NCBI GenBank assembly: GCA_039804105.1
Contig: JBDRZU010000002.1
Location: forward strand, 256,001 to 320,000
DNA: 64,000 nt
Source of the DNA: a candidate division WOR-3 bacterium
GTDB taxonomy: Bacteria > Hydrothermota > 32-111
Direction: 5' to 3'
Below, piece by piece: positions 29,248 through 39,243 of the stretch (positions within the stretch are counted from its first letter, which is position 1; each line of letters starts with the position of its first letter). A program made the position numbers and the translations under genes. The notes below the pieces were generated by a model. It was given only the letters and a program-made list of their open reading frames with translations. It did no database searches and was not told where the DNA came from.

Positions 29248-30440
29248 CCTTTCCTTCGGTTATACTCTTTTATTCCAAGAGAAAGAATTTTTATAGCATC
29301 TTCAAGTTCTTTAGTGTTCAAAACATAAGCTATCCTTATCTCATCTTTTCCCTTATCAGGTGAAGCGTAGAATCCATTTGCTGGAGCAACCATAACAGTT
29401 TTTCCATCAACTTCAAAATCTGTTAACATCCATTTAGCAAAATTATCTGCATCATCCACAGGAAGTTTTACAACAACATAAAACGCACCTTCAGGTTTTC
29501 TTGTAAAAACGCCTTCAACTTTCATCAGATTCTCATAAACAACATCCCTTCTTTTCTGATACTCTTCGATCATTTCTTTCATAAAACTTTTCATATGTTT
29601 ATAACCCTCTATCATTCCTATCTGTTCAATCGTTGGGGGACATAATCTTGCTTGTCCCAATTTCAAAACGCCATTCATTATATTTTTGTTTTTTGAAACG
29701 AGATATCCAATCCTTGCTCCACAAGCTGAAAACCTTTTTGAAATCGAATCAAGCATTATCGAATTCTCCTGTGTTCCCTCGATTTCAAGGATCGAAGTGT
29801 GTTTTTTGTTATCAAAAACAAACTCTCTGTAAACTTCATCAGAAAGAATGAAAAGATTATGTTTCTTTGCAATTCTTACAATCATTTCCATTTCCTCTCT
29901 GGTAAAAATCGTTCCAGTTGGATTGTTCGGGGTACAGATCAGAATCGCTTTTGTTTTCGGTGTTATCAACTTTTCAAATTCTTTTTCTTCTGGCAAATGA
30001 AAACCTGTTTCAACTCTCGTTAGCAATGGAACAACTTTCAAGCCAGCCATTGAAGCAAAACCGTTGTAGTTAGTGTAAAATGGTTCAGGGATTATTATCT
30101 CATCACCATGATCCGCAACAGTCATCATCGCAAATATTATTGCTTCTGATCCACCTGTTGTTATAAAAACCTCATTTGGATTAACATCATAACCTATTCC
30201 CGAAAGATATTCTGCCACAGTTTCCCTTGCAACCTTTAACCCTTGTGAAGGACCGTAAGCTAAAACATGTTCAGAATAGTTTTTTATAGCATCGTAAATA
30301 TAGGTCGGTGTTGGTATATCAGGTTGTCCAATGTTCAGGTGGTAAACTTTTATTCCCCTGCTTTTTGCATCATCAGAGTATGATAAAAGTTTTCTAATCG
30401 GTGATTCCTGCATATTAATTATTCTTTCCGAGATCTTCAT
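29244..30440 (-). CDS. PLP-dependent class I/II aminotransferase (aspartate aminotransferase-like)
   Basis: LNIGQPD, PNNPTG, DEVY, SISKRFSACGARIG. Confidence 0.92.
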   Translation of the reverse strand: MKISERIINMQESPIRKLLSYSDDAKSRGIKVYHLNIGQPDIPTPTYIYDAIKNYSEHVLAYGPSQGLKVARETVAEYLSGIGYDVNPNEVFITTGGSEAIIFAMMTVADHGDEIIIPEPFYTNYNGFASMAGLKVVPLLTRVETGFHLPEEKEFEKLITPKTKAILICTPNNPTGTIFTREEMEMIVRIAKKHNLFILSDEVYREFVFDNKKHTSILEIEGTQENSIMLDSISKRFSACGARIGYLVSKNKNIMNGVLKLGQARLCPPTIEQIGMIEGYKHMKSFMKEMIEEYQKRRDVVYENLMKVEGVFTRKPEGAFYVVVKLPVDDADNFAKWMLTDFEVDGKTVMVAPANGFYASPDKGKDEIRIAYVLNTKELEDAIKILSLGIKEYNRRKG

Positions 30441-30645
30441 TCAATTCCTCCATTTTTTCTTTTCTTTCTTTCCCCAACCTCCGAATTTCATCGAGAACTT
30501 CCTGCTTCTTCAAAATGTGTTTACTTTCAAGAACATTAACTAAAGCTTCTATTGAAAGCGCATTCGTGTAAAACATTTCGGCTGGAGAAAGATTGATTTT
30601 TAAAAGTTTAGTATCTTTTTTCTTCTTTTTTTTGAACAGATTCAT
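30415..30645 (-). CDS. Small hypothetical protein
   Basis: Overlaps both neighbours, GAGG RBS. Confidence 0.7.
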   Translation of the reverse strand: MNLFKKKKKKDTKLLKINLSPAEMFYTNALSIEALVNVLESKHILKKQEVLDEIRRLGKERKEKMEELNEDLGKNN

Positions 30646-30959
30646 TTTAACCTCACTATAGAATAACCTATTCCTATTCCAATAAAATCGTAAATAAGAT
30701 CTTTGTAAGAGACAGTTCCATCTGAAAAATTGTCATAAATTTCTTTTCCGAATGAAAATAGAACAGGAACACTTATTGAAAAAGTTATATTTTCAAATTC
30801 AGAACGATCTTTCATAAAACTTTTAACAAAAAGTGTCGTCGATGCTGTTATTGCAAAAGTTGTAAACAGATGATCGATTTTATCTTTTGAAAAAAAAGGA
30901 TCCGGAAAAACATTTATAAAGAAGATTGTTAACAATAAGAGAATTAAAAGTTTACGCAT
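30642..30959 (-). CDS. Small membrane protein (YfiM/DUF2279-like)
   Basis: DKIDH...KEIYD....S.KDL..D..G. Confidence 0.65.
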   Translation of the reverse strand: MRKLLILLLLTIFFINVFPDPFFSKDKIDHLFTTFAITASTTLFVKSFMKDRSEFENITFSISVPVLFSFGKEIYDNFSDGTVSYKDLIYDFIGIGIGYSIVRLK

Positions 30960-31885
30960 TTTTCTGGTCTCCTCTTTTCAACAAGTACTTCTACTATCGA
31001 TCTGGCACATATCATTGCCATTTTTTCTCTTGTTTCTTCGGTTGCACTTCCGATATGTGGTAACAAAACAACATTGTTCATTTCTAAAAGTTCTTCTTCA
31101 ACTATAGGTTCATTCTCATAAACATCGAGTCCTGCCCCTTTTATTATGTTATTTTTTAGAGCATATACAAGATCCTTTTCTTTTATAAGTTTCCCTCTCG
31201 CCGTATTTATAATAATAACATCATTTTTCATCTTTTTAAATACATCGATGTCAAACTTATAAAGAGTTCTATCGTTCAAAGGTGCGTTGATCGAGATAAA
31301 ATCAGATTCTTCTATCAATCTTTCGAAACTTACTTTTTTACCTATTCCATCTTCCTGAACAATTTCATCGGTAAAGATTATTTTCATCCCAAAACCTTTA
31401 GCCCTTCGCGCGACAGCTTTTCCAATCCTTCCGTAACCAAAGATTCCAAGAGTTTTACCAAAAAGATCTTTCCCTAAAAGAAGATCCGGCTTCCATCCTT
31501 TGAACCCACCTTTTCTTACCAAATTATCGCCTTCAACTATTCTTCTTGTGACAGCAAGAAGTAAAGCAAAAGCTATATCAGCTGTTGCTTCAGTTAAAAC
31601 ATCGGGTGTATTTGTTACAAAAATATTTTTTTCCTTCGCATACAAAACATCTATGTTATCGTACCCAACAGCATAGTTTGCCACTATTTTTAAGTTTTTC
31701 CCTTTATCTAAAATATTTTTATCTACTCTATCACTCAAAAGACATAAGAGTCCATCGTAATCTCCTATAAGATTTTCAAATCTTTCATAAGAGATTCCAT
31801 TTTCGAATATATCAACATCAATTCCATATCCTCCTAAAAAATTTTTCGTATCAAAAGGTAATCTATGGGTTTGTAAGACTTTCAT
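30944..31885 (-). CDS. gyaR: D-2-hydroxyacid dehydrogenase (glyoxylate/hydroxypyruvate reductase)
   Basis: AVGYDNID, GYGRIG, NTARG, LDVYENEP, PHIGSAT. Confidence 0.88.
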   Translation of the reverse strand: MKVLQTHRLPFDTKNFLGGYGIDVDIFENGISYERFENLIGDYDGLLCLLSDRVDKNILDKGKNLKIVANYAVGYDNIDVLYAKEKNIFVTNTPDVLTEATADIAFALLLAVTRRIVEGDNLVRKGGFKGWKPDLLLGKDLFGKTLGIFGYGRIGKAVARRAKGFGMKIIFTDEIVQEDGIGKKVSFERLIEESDFISINAPLNDRTLYKFDIDVFKKMKNDVIIINTARGKLIKEKDLVYALKNNIIKGAGLDVYENEPIVEEELLEMNNVVLLPHIGSATEETREKMAMICARSIVEVLVEKRRPEKCVNF

Positions 31886-32430
31886 AGTCCTAAATCCTCC
31901 GAAATGGATTTCATCGATTCAAGACAAATATTAATAAAATCTTCCAATTTTAAACCTGTTTCTTCTATCATCTGTATTTGTTCTCTGTTCGCACCAGCAG
32001 CAAATCTTTTCTCCTTAAATCTTCTGAGTACAAACTCTGTATCGATCTTACTTATCTTCTTTTCAGGATGCATCAAAGCGGCGGCAACGATCAATCCTGT
32101 TAAGGGATCAACAGAAAAAAGAACCTTTTCTATAAGTTTTTCTCTCTCTTTATGACCAGGATGAGCTAGTATCGAATCAAGAATGTTTTTTGTAACATCA
32201 AGGTCTTTCAACTTTTCAACTGTAATAAAACCATGTTTTTGAGGATCCTTGAAGGTCTCTTTATAATCCAAATCATGTAGAAGTCCCGCGAGCGCCCATT
32301 CTTCTTGATCCTCTTTAAAATGTTTTGCTAGTTCTTTCATACAAACTTCACAAGCGAGCATATGTTTTATAAGATTCTGGTTATCAACATTCTCTTTAAC
32401 GAGTTTTAAAGCTTCATCTCTTGAGATCAT
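31882..32430 (-). CDS. HD-domain phosphohydrolase
   Basis: KH, GLLHDLD, KEKRFAAGANRE. Confidence 0.88.
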   Translation of the reverse strand: MISRDEALKLVKENVDNQNLIKHMLACEVCMKELAKHFKEDQEEWALAGLLHDLDYKETFKDPQKHGFITVEKLKDLDVTKNILDSILAHPGHKEREKLIEKVLFSVDPLTGLIVAAALMHPEKKISKIDTEFVLRRFKEKRFAAGANREQIQMIEETGLKLEDFINICLESMKSISEDLGL

Positions 32431-32440
32431 TTACACTCCT

Positions 32441-33253
32441 TCATTTTTGTTCGCTTTTGTTTTTCCTTTTAACAATGTCGTTGTAAAGGTTCATATACTT
32501 AAAAATGGAATCGTTCAATCCTATTTTATAATAATATTTTACGATCCTATCGTAAGCATCAAAATTCGTCGAATCTATCGATATAACCTTTTTAAGAATC
32601 TCTAATCCTTTTTTTTCGTTTTTTGATTTCATATTCAACTCTGCATAATTCATCAAAAGTTGGCAATCAGATGAATCAATTGTAAGTCCATCTTCATAAT
32701 ATTTTTTTGCATTTTCTATATTCCCCTGAAGAAATTCTATATTACCTAAGAATTTATACGCTTCTACATTTTTACTTTCTATCTTAAGAGATTTTAGAAG
32801 AAAATCTTTCGCTTTAACGAGATCATTTTTTCTTACAAAAACCTTTCCTAAAAGAAGATATACTTTAAAATTTTCAGGTGAAAAATGTTCCGCTTTTTTT
32901 AAATAGTATTCACAAGAGTCATATTCTCCTTTTTTATAAAGTGATAAAGAATAGTTATAGTACAATGTTCCAACGACCTTTTCTATACCTGTAAAATCAC
33001 CTTTTAAATCTTCATACCTTTTCGTATTTATGACCGCTCTTTTGGTATCATAAAGTTTTTCATCTAAAAGAAAAATTATATCAGCAAGTGTTTTTTTATC
33101 TGGTTTGATTTTAAAATTTTCCTCAGCAATTTTCAAAGCATTCTTATAATCACCTCTTTCCATATACGATCTATAATCTTTCCGTGAACATGACAAAAAG
33201 ATTAACAAAAACAAAAGGAAGAATTTAAAGTATCTTTTCATAACGATTCCCAT
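32441..33253 (-). CDS. TPR lipoprotein
   Basis: Lipobox FLSC, TPR repeats. Confidence 0.8.
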   Translation of the reverse strand: MGIVMKRYFKFFLLFLLIFLSCSRKDYRSYMERGDYKNALKIAEENFKIKPDKKTLADIIFLLDEKLYDTKRAVINTKRYEDLKGDFTGIEKVVGTLYYNYSLSLYKKGEYDSCEYYLKKAEHFSPENFKVYLLLGKVFVRKNDLVKAKDFLLKSLKIESKNVEAYKFLGNIEFLQGNIENAKKYYEDGLTIDSSDCQLLMNYAELNMKSKNEKKGLEILKKVISIDSTNFDAYDRIVKYYYKIGLNDSIFKYMNLYNDIVKRKNKSEQK

Positions 33254-34262
33254 TTTTTATCAACAAACTTTCAAATCGAACACCATATTTCAATGGTATA
33301 AATATCGATGAAGTCAATTTAAAAATTTCTCCATCCTTTACAGTTCTATCAGTAACGAAAGTGTTTATTTCACCAGTTCCAGCACATGAAACATAAGAAA
33401 AACCGTATTCTATTGACATCTTTTCAAGCTTATGACTTTTCAGATAATCCCTATAATTCATTTCACACTCTTTGATACTTCCTCTCTTTGCAAGACCAGC
33501 GAATAAAACATCTATTCCATCTTTTGCTATATTGAAAATTTTTTCTTTATTGCTGGATAGTTTTCCAAAAGGAAAACTTCTCGAAAAAGAAAAACCAACC
33601 CCACCTTTCATAACTCCGATATCAAGAACCACTATTCTGTTTTCTTTCAAAATATCTCCGTTTAGAGTTGGATATATCGTTTTAACATCAAATCCAACAT
33701 AAGTTGGTAAATATCTTTTGAATCCATCTTCATAGATCAAAAGATCTACAGCATTTCTGAGCTGAACATCCAAGATTCCAACCTTCAACATTTTTTCAAC
33801 TTTTTCAAAGATGACTTCCATCCTTTCTGCGATCTTTTTGATCTTTGAAATTTCATTTTTACTTTTTAAAGTTCCCAGAGTTTTTGAAGGTGAAACAAAT
33901 TTAAATGTTACAAAATCTTTAAAATATAGAGAAAAGGAAGTGTTTACAAGTCCCACTCTTGTAATACTGTTTTCTTTTAAAATGTTCAACCATTCTTTAA
34001 GAAACAATCTACCATTTTTCAGATAATTTATAGTATCACCTTTTACGACCTCTACTGAATCAAAATTTTTCACCCTTGGATATAGAAGATAATCAACAAT
34101 AAGATAAACTTTCTTTTTACCGATGAAGAGATTTGCATCGTACTCACCATAGTTGAAAGAGAGATCTTTTTCAAGAAGATCAAAAACCTGCTCAGGATCA
34201 TCGATAAAGATCATCTCTTTATCCTTTAAAAGATTCTGAATTATTTTTATTTTATTTTCCAT
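33225..34262 (-). CDS. M24 (Xaa-Pro aminopeptidase-like) fold protein, degenerate
   Basis: KS..EI..I, VLDIG, GVRFES; metal ligands partly missing. Confidence 0.7.
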   Translation of the reverse strand: MENKIKIIQNLLKDKEMIFIDDPEQVFDLLEKDLSFNYGEYDANLFIGKKKVYLIVDYLLYPRVKNFDSVEVVKGDTINYLKNGRLFLKEWLNILKENSITRVGLVNTSFSLYFKDFVTFKFVSPSKTLGTLKSKNEISKIKKIAERMEVIFEKVEKMLKVGILDVQLRNAVDLLIYEDGFKRYLPTYVGFDVKTIYPTLNGDILKENRIVVLDIGVMKGGVGFSFSRSFPFGKLSSNKEKIFNIAKDGIDVLFAGLAKRGSIKECEMNYRDYLKSHKLEKMSIEYGFSYVSCAGTGEINTFVTDRTVKDGEIFKLTSSIFIPLKYGVRFESLLIKNGNRYEKIL

Positions 34263-35295
34263 AATTTTTCAACTCTTCATAAAAAATCTTTAAAATTTCT
34301 TCGATAGGCCCCGTTTTAACTATCTTTCCTTTTTTAAAAAGAACTCCAGTTCCATGTCCACCAGTTATACCAAGATCAGCATCCTTCGCTTCTCCAGGCC
34401 CATTGACAACACATCCCATAACTGCGACCTTTATCTTGGTGTTCACATTTTCAAGTATTTTTTCAACTTCTTTTTGAACTGAAATAACATCAAAGGTTGT
34501 TCTACTACATGTTGGACATGCTATAACATCGGGTACATTTGAATTTATATGTAATGAGGATAAAATTATTTTCGCCACATCAACCTCATAGAGTGGAGAT
34601 TCTGAAAGTGATACTCTTATAGTATCACCCACTCCATTCAAAAGGAGATATGATATACCTATAGAATTTTTTATCGAACCTCTCAAAAGTCCTCCAGCTT
34701 CAGTTACCCCAAGATGTATGGGAAAATCCAATTCTTTCATTTTCATATTAGCATCTATCATTTCAAAAACATCTGATGATTTAACAGAAAGAACAAGATT
34801 ATCAAAATCGTTATCGAGAAAGAAATCAACCGATTTTTTTATAGATTCAAAAAGAGCATCGGCATTAGGATAATTATACTTTTTCAAAATTTCTTTTTCA
34901 AGTGATCCACCATTTACACCTATTCTGATAGGGATATTCCTTTCTTTTGCAACTTTAATTATTTTGAGCAAATTCCTTTTTGATATATTTCCAGGGTTTA
35001 TCCTTATTTTCGCACAACCGATTTCCATCGCTGATATTGCAAGCTTATAATCAAAATGTATATCAGCTATAATAGGGCATGGAGAATTTTTCACGATCTT
35101 TTTCAAAGTATCTTTGCACTTTATATCTGGATACGAAACACGAACGATCTGGGCACCTCTTCTATGAAGATCTTCTATTTGTCTTATGGTGGTTTCATAA
35201 TCCTCTGTTTTTGTATTCGTCATCGATTGGATAACAACAGGATTTTTACCACCTATCGGGACCTTTCCAACATATACAGTTTTTTTTGAGTTCAT
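34252..35295 (-). CDS. ispG: 4-hydroxy-3-methylbut-2-enyl diphosphate synthase
   Basis: QSMTNT, ADIHF, RINPGN, CPTCSR, MGCVVNGPGE. Confidence 0.97.
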   Translation of the reverse strand: MNSKKTVYVGKVPIGGKNPVVIQSMTNTKTEDYETTIRQIEDLHRRGAQIVRVSYPDIKCKDTLKKIVKNSPCPIIADIHFDYKLAISAMEIGCAKIRINPGNISKRNLLKIIKVAKERNIPIRIGVNGGSLEKEILKKYNYPNADALFESIKKSVDFFLDNDFDNLVLSVKSSDVFEMIDANMKMKELDFPIHLGVTEAGGLLRGSIKNSIGISYLLLNGVGDTIRVSLSESPLYEVDVAKIILSSLHINSNVPDVIACPTCSRTTFDVISVQKEVEKILENVNTKIKVAVMGCVVNGPGEAKDADLGITGGHGTGVLFKKGKIVKTGPIEEILKIFYEELKNYGK

Positions 35296-36554
35296 TCTTC
35301 AACCCTTTTGATCTTCGCACCTATTTTTCTCAACTTCTTTTCTATAGATTCGTATCCTCTGTCAATATGATATATCCTCTTTATCTCACTTTCACCTTCT
35401 GCTGCAAGAGCTGCGATTACAAGTGCTGCAGATGCTCGAAGATCCGAAGCCATAACTGGTGCACCCAAAAGTTTTTTTACCCCTTTGATTATCGCCTTGT
35501 TTGAATCAATTTTTATATCAGCTCCCATCCTTAAGAGTTCTGGTACATGCATAAACCTTTTTTCAAAAATGTTTTCAGAAACTATTGATATTCCATCAAC
35601 AAGTGAAAGCAAAGAAACAAACTGTGCTTGCATGTCTGTCGGAAAGAAAGGATACGGTAAAACATCTATGTTGACAGGTTTCAAATTCTTTGTTGACTTT
35701 ATATAAATTTCGCTTTCTCCCACAGAGAGTTTGTATCCGATTTCTTTCAGTTTTCTTAAAACAGCGTCCATATGCTTCGGATTACATTTTTTCAGAACAA
35801 GTTCCCCACCTGTTATAACAGCAGAGACAAGTAGAGTTCCTGCTTCAATTCTATCAGGTATAACTGTATATTCAACAGGATTAAGTTTTTCAACACCATC
35901 GATCGTTAGAACAGGTGTATCTATACCTGTTATTCTTGCTCCCATACTATTTAAAAAATTTGCGACATCTGAAACTTCTGGTTCTAAAGCAGCACCTTTT
36001 ATTATGGTTTTTCCATCCGCTTTAACCGCAGCCATCATAACATTTATTGTGGCTCCAACAGATGTTCCCTTACTACCTTCAAGGAACATTTCCTTACCTT
36101 TTAACTTTTTACATCTTGCTTTTATATATCCCTTTTCAAGTTTTATTTTACATCCTAGTTCTTCAAAACCCTTTAAATGTAAATCTATCGGTCTTTCACC
36201 AATTGCACATCCACCAGGTAAAGATGCATCAACTTTTCCCTGCCTTCCAATCAATGCACCCATAACATAGTAAGATGCTCTCATCTTTCTCACAAAATCG
36301 TATGGAGCCATAAATCCAACCTTTGATGGAACATCTATTACAAGAGTATTTTTATCGAATTTAATCTTTGCTCCTATGTATTCCAGAACTTTGATCATAT
36401 GTTTCACATCATCAACATCGGGAACATTTCTGATCACACTTTTTCCAGTTGTGAGAAGAGTTGCAACCATTATCGGAAGAACTGAATTTTTTGATCCAGA
36501 AGTGTTCAATTCTCCTGAAAGTTTTACTCCCCCTTTGATTATAAACTTATCCAT
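35292..36554 (-). CDS. murA: UDP-N-acetylglucosamine 1-carboxyvinyltransferase
   Basis: GSKN, MRAS, LPGGCAIG.RP, DLRA, HIDRGY. Confidence 0.97.
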   Translation of the reverse strand: MDKFIIKGGVKLSGELNTSGSKNSVLPIMVATLLTTGKSVIRNVPDVDDVKHMIKVLEYIGAKIKFDKNTLVIDVPSKVGFMAPYDFVRKMRASYYVMGALIGRQGKVDASLPGGCAIGERPIDLHLKGFEELGCKIKLEKGYIKARCKKLKGKEMFLEGSKGTSVGATINVMMAAVKADGKTIIKGAALEPEVSDVANFLNSMGARITGIDTPVLTIDGVEKLNPVEYTVIPDRIEAGTLLVSAVITGGELVLKKCNPKHMDAVLRKLKEIGYKLSVGESEIYIKSTKNLKPVNIDVLPYPFFPTDMQAQFVSLLSLVDGISIVSENIFEKRFMHVPELLRMGADIKIDSNKAIIKGVKKLLGAPVMASDLRASAALVIAALAAEGESEIKRIYHIDRGYESIEKKLRKIGAKIKRVEE

Positions 36555-36555
36555 A

Positions 36556-37791
36556 TTACTCCCTTTTTATGAATGGATCAAAATTTGAATAAAACTGGAT
36601 GTAACCCTTATCATAGAAAAAATATTTGCCACCTTTTTGAATATCTCTGTAATCGGTTTCAAATCCTTTTCTGGCTATAAGATAAGAATTTTCACCCAAC
36701 CTGATCTTTAAACTCAAAATAAATCTTGTTTGAAATGAATTGTAAGAAACTGTATCACTATCAAATCTTTTTATATTTGAAATCAACTGACCACCACTGA
36801 TATCAAAAATATTTTTTGAAAAGGTATAACCAAAATATAAAAGATCCGTTTCTTTTTCAAAAACTTGTTCAAGTTCCCGATAACCTTTTTCATAAAAAAA
36901 GCTCAATCTGTTAACATTTTTTTTGTATGAAAAATAAAATGAAAGATATATTCTTGAATCGAGTTCTTCTATTGTATCTGTAAAATCAAAAAATGAACTT
37001 GATAAGTTTAACATTGTCAATCTAAATCCGGTTGACAACAGATTTTTTTCTTTTTTATCATTATAAAATATTTGAGAAAAGATATAATCATAACTTGTAT
37101 CAACTGAAAAAATGTACAAAAAGGAATCTAAAACTTCATCATAAAAATAATGTTTTTCTCGTGTAAAAAGTTTTTTTCTGTAAAATGTTAAAAATTCAAT
37201 TTTTTTCAATTCTCCTTTAGAATAAAGAGATAATATGTATGGATTGTTCTCATATATCCTTGGTCTATCTATAATATTTTCGTTCCAGTTTTTATGGGAA
37301 TAGTTGTTATCAAAATTTTCAAGTGTTAACGAAAATCTGTTTTCAGTGTTAAACCCTTTAAAATCGAAATGGAAAGTTAGATCTGAATCCTTTTTATAAA
37401 AAGTTGGGTTTGCTAAAAACCCTAAACCAAAAAAATCTCGGAACCTGTAGGTTAAACCGTATTCTAAAATTTTATTGTGGAATTCAAAATCATCGTAATA
37501 AAAGTTGAAAAGTTCAAAATTCAAAGATTTCATCAAAGGAATTTTTAAACCTAAAAAAGATTTGATCGAAAGTTGCTCAACGTTGTAACAACCACCCGAG
37601 ATCATAACAAAATTATCTTTCTTTATAAGATCGTTAAAAATGTTTATATCAAAATCTGAACAAAATTGATCAACAATATATTCAGAATCATATGACTCAG
37701 GCAGGATATAAGCGAAAACGAAAAGGGGTAAAAGAAGAAAAACTAAAAAAATTCTTTTTTTATTCAATTTTAAAATCCTCTGCTTTTCCAT
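36556..37791 (-). CDS. Hypothetical exported/outer membrane protein
   Basis: Signal-like N-terminus, aromatic beta-strand pattern; family not recognised. Confidence 0.6.
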   Translation of the reverse strand: MEKQRILKLNKKRIFLVFLLLPLFVFAYILPESYDSEYIVDQFCSDFDINIFNDLIKKDNFVMISGGCYNVEQLSIKSFLGLKIPLMKSLNFELFNFYYDDFEFHNKILEYGLTYRFRDFFGLGFLANPTFYKKDSDLTFHFDFKGFNTENRFSLTLENFDNNYSHKNWNENIIDRPRIYENNPYILSLYSKGELKKIEFLTFYRKKLFTREKHYFYDEVLDSFLYIFSVDTSYDYIFSQIFYNDKKEKNLLSTGFRLTMLNLSSSFFDFTDTIEELDSRIYLSFYFSYKKNVNRLSFFYEKGYRELEQVFEKETDLLYFGYTFSKNIFDISGGQLISNIKRFDSDTVSYNSFQTRFILSLKIRLGENSYLIARKGFETDYRDIQKGGKYFFYDKGYIQFYSNFDPFIKRE

Positions 37792-38107
37792 AAACGTTAT
37801 CGATTTTAAGTAAATAGATCCTTAAAGTGTCCTTTTTGTCTGGATCAACTTTTATGTCTTTTAAGATTTTTACAAGATGCTCAACCTGCTCTTTATCCTC
37901 AACTGTTGAAAAAATTATTTTTGAGTATTTATCAGAATCTTTCAAACGATATTTCAAACCGGAAAAAATTGGTATGTTTATATTCACAGCTTGATTTATT
38001 GTCTGTCCTTCAACTACAAAAGAATCGTTTATCCCGCTTTCCACAAGGGAATTTAAAACATCCTCATAAAATTCTTCTTTATATAAAAGAAGTATCATAA
38101 AGAACAT
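37760..38107 (-). CDS. P-II-like small protein
   Basis: 115 aa; pattern resembles PII (E...DVL..L...GI...V.G, loop, K.I); AGGAG RBS. Confidence 0.6.
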   Translation of the reverse strand: MFFMILLLYKEEFYEDVLNSLVESGINDSFVVEGQTINQAVNINIPIFSGLKYRLKDSDKYSKIIFSTVEDKEQVEHLVKILKDIKVDPDKKDTLRIYLLKIDNVYGKAEDFKIE

Positions 38108-38121
38108 ATATTTTCTCCTTT

Positions 38122-39243
38122 TTATTTTCTATAAAGGTAATTCAGCCAGAAAGGTGTTATTAGAGTTGTAAACAGAATCATGATCACAAATCCATTGTAA
38201 ACCACCTGATCGACAAAACCCCTTGAAAGTGCTATGGATGCTATAACAAGTCCAACCTCACCTCTTGGGATCATTCCAACACCAACTTTCAATGATTCAT
38301 CCAGGGTTAAACCATTTAAATAACTCGCAACACCACATCCAATAACCTTTGAGAAAATTGATATGACTATCAAAATAAAAGTGAAAAACAAATTGATATC
38401 CTTAAAATTTATCGATGTTTTTAATCCAACAACAAAAAAGAAAAATGAGATAAAAAGAGTATCAACAATTATGTGGGTATTATCCAGAACCCTTTTCGAA
38501 AACCTTGTCTTGGATATTGAAACACCTGCAACATAAGCACCGGTTATTCCTGCAATTCCCATCTGCTCAGAAAAATATGAAAGAAACATCATAAGTATCA
38601 CAGAAAGACTTAAAACCATATCATGTGATTTGAAATTTGAAACGAAATGGAAAGCCCTGTTGATTATATACGTATACAATATATAAATAAAAAGTATCAA
38701 AAGTAAAATTTTTAAAATAACTAAAACAAAATTTCCAGAATGAAAAAGAAAAACAAACGAAATTGACATAAAAAGTATACCTATAACATCATCGATAACT
38801 GCTGAACCCAAAATTGTTATTCCACTTCTTGTATTAAGTTTTCCGATCTCCAAAAGGGTCATTACAGTTATCGACACAGAAGTAGCTGTAAGGGTCAAAC
38901 CAACAATATATGCTGAATTGAAACTGAATTTCATGAAAAGGAATAAAAAAGCACAGAAGAATGGAACCAGAACACCTGACAATGCTATTATGAAAGATGC
39001 TTTCCCCTGTTTTTTTATACTTTCTAAATCCGTCTCAAGTCCCGCAAGAAACATTAAGAACAGAATACTTATATCAGAGAAAAATTCTATAGTGTTATCA
39101 ACCTGTATAATTTTTAATACCGGACCACACAATATTCCAAGAACTATTATACCTACTACAGAAGGGAGTTTTAATCTAACGAAAATTTCGTTAACTATTT
39201 TTGTTGCAAGAAGGATGAATACAAAAATAAAAATTTCATTCAT
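38122..39243 (-). CDS. Cation:proton antiporter (CPA2, NapA-like)
   Basis: FLAGLE, ATSVSIT, AVIDD, GMIPRGEV. Confidence 0.92.
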   Translation of the reverse strand: MNEIFIFVFILLATKIVNEIFVRLKLPSVVGIIVLGILCGPVLKIIQVDNTIEFFSDISILFLMFLAGLETDLESIKKQGKASFIIALSGVLVPFFCAFLFLFMKFSFNSAYIVGLTLTATSVSITVMTLLEIGKLNTRSGITILGSAVIDDVIGILFMSISFVFLFHSGNFVLVILKILLLILFIYILYTYIINRAFHFVSNFKSHDMVLSLSVILMMFLSYFSEQMGIAGITGAYVAGVSISKTRFSKRVLDNTHIIVDTLFISFFFFVVGLKTSINFKDINLFFTFILIVISIFSKVIGCGVASYLNGLTLDESLKVGVGMIPRGEVGLVIASIALSRGFVDQVVYNGFVIMILFTTLITPFWLNYLYRK

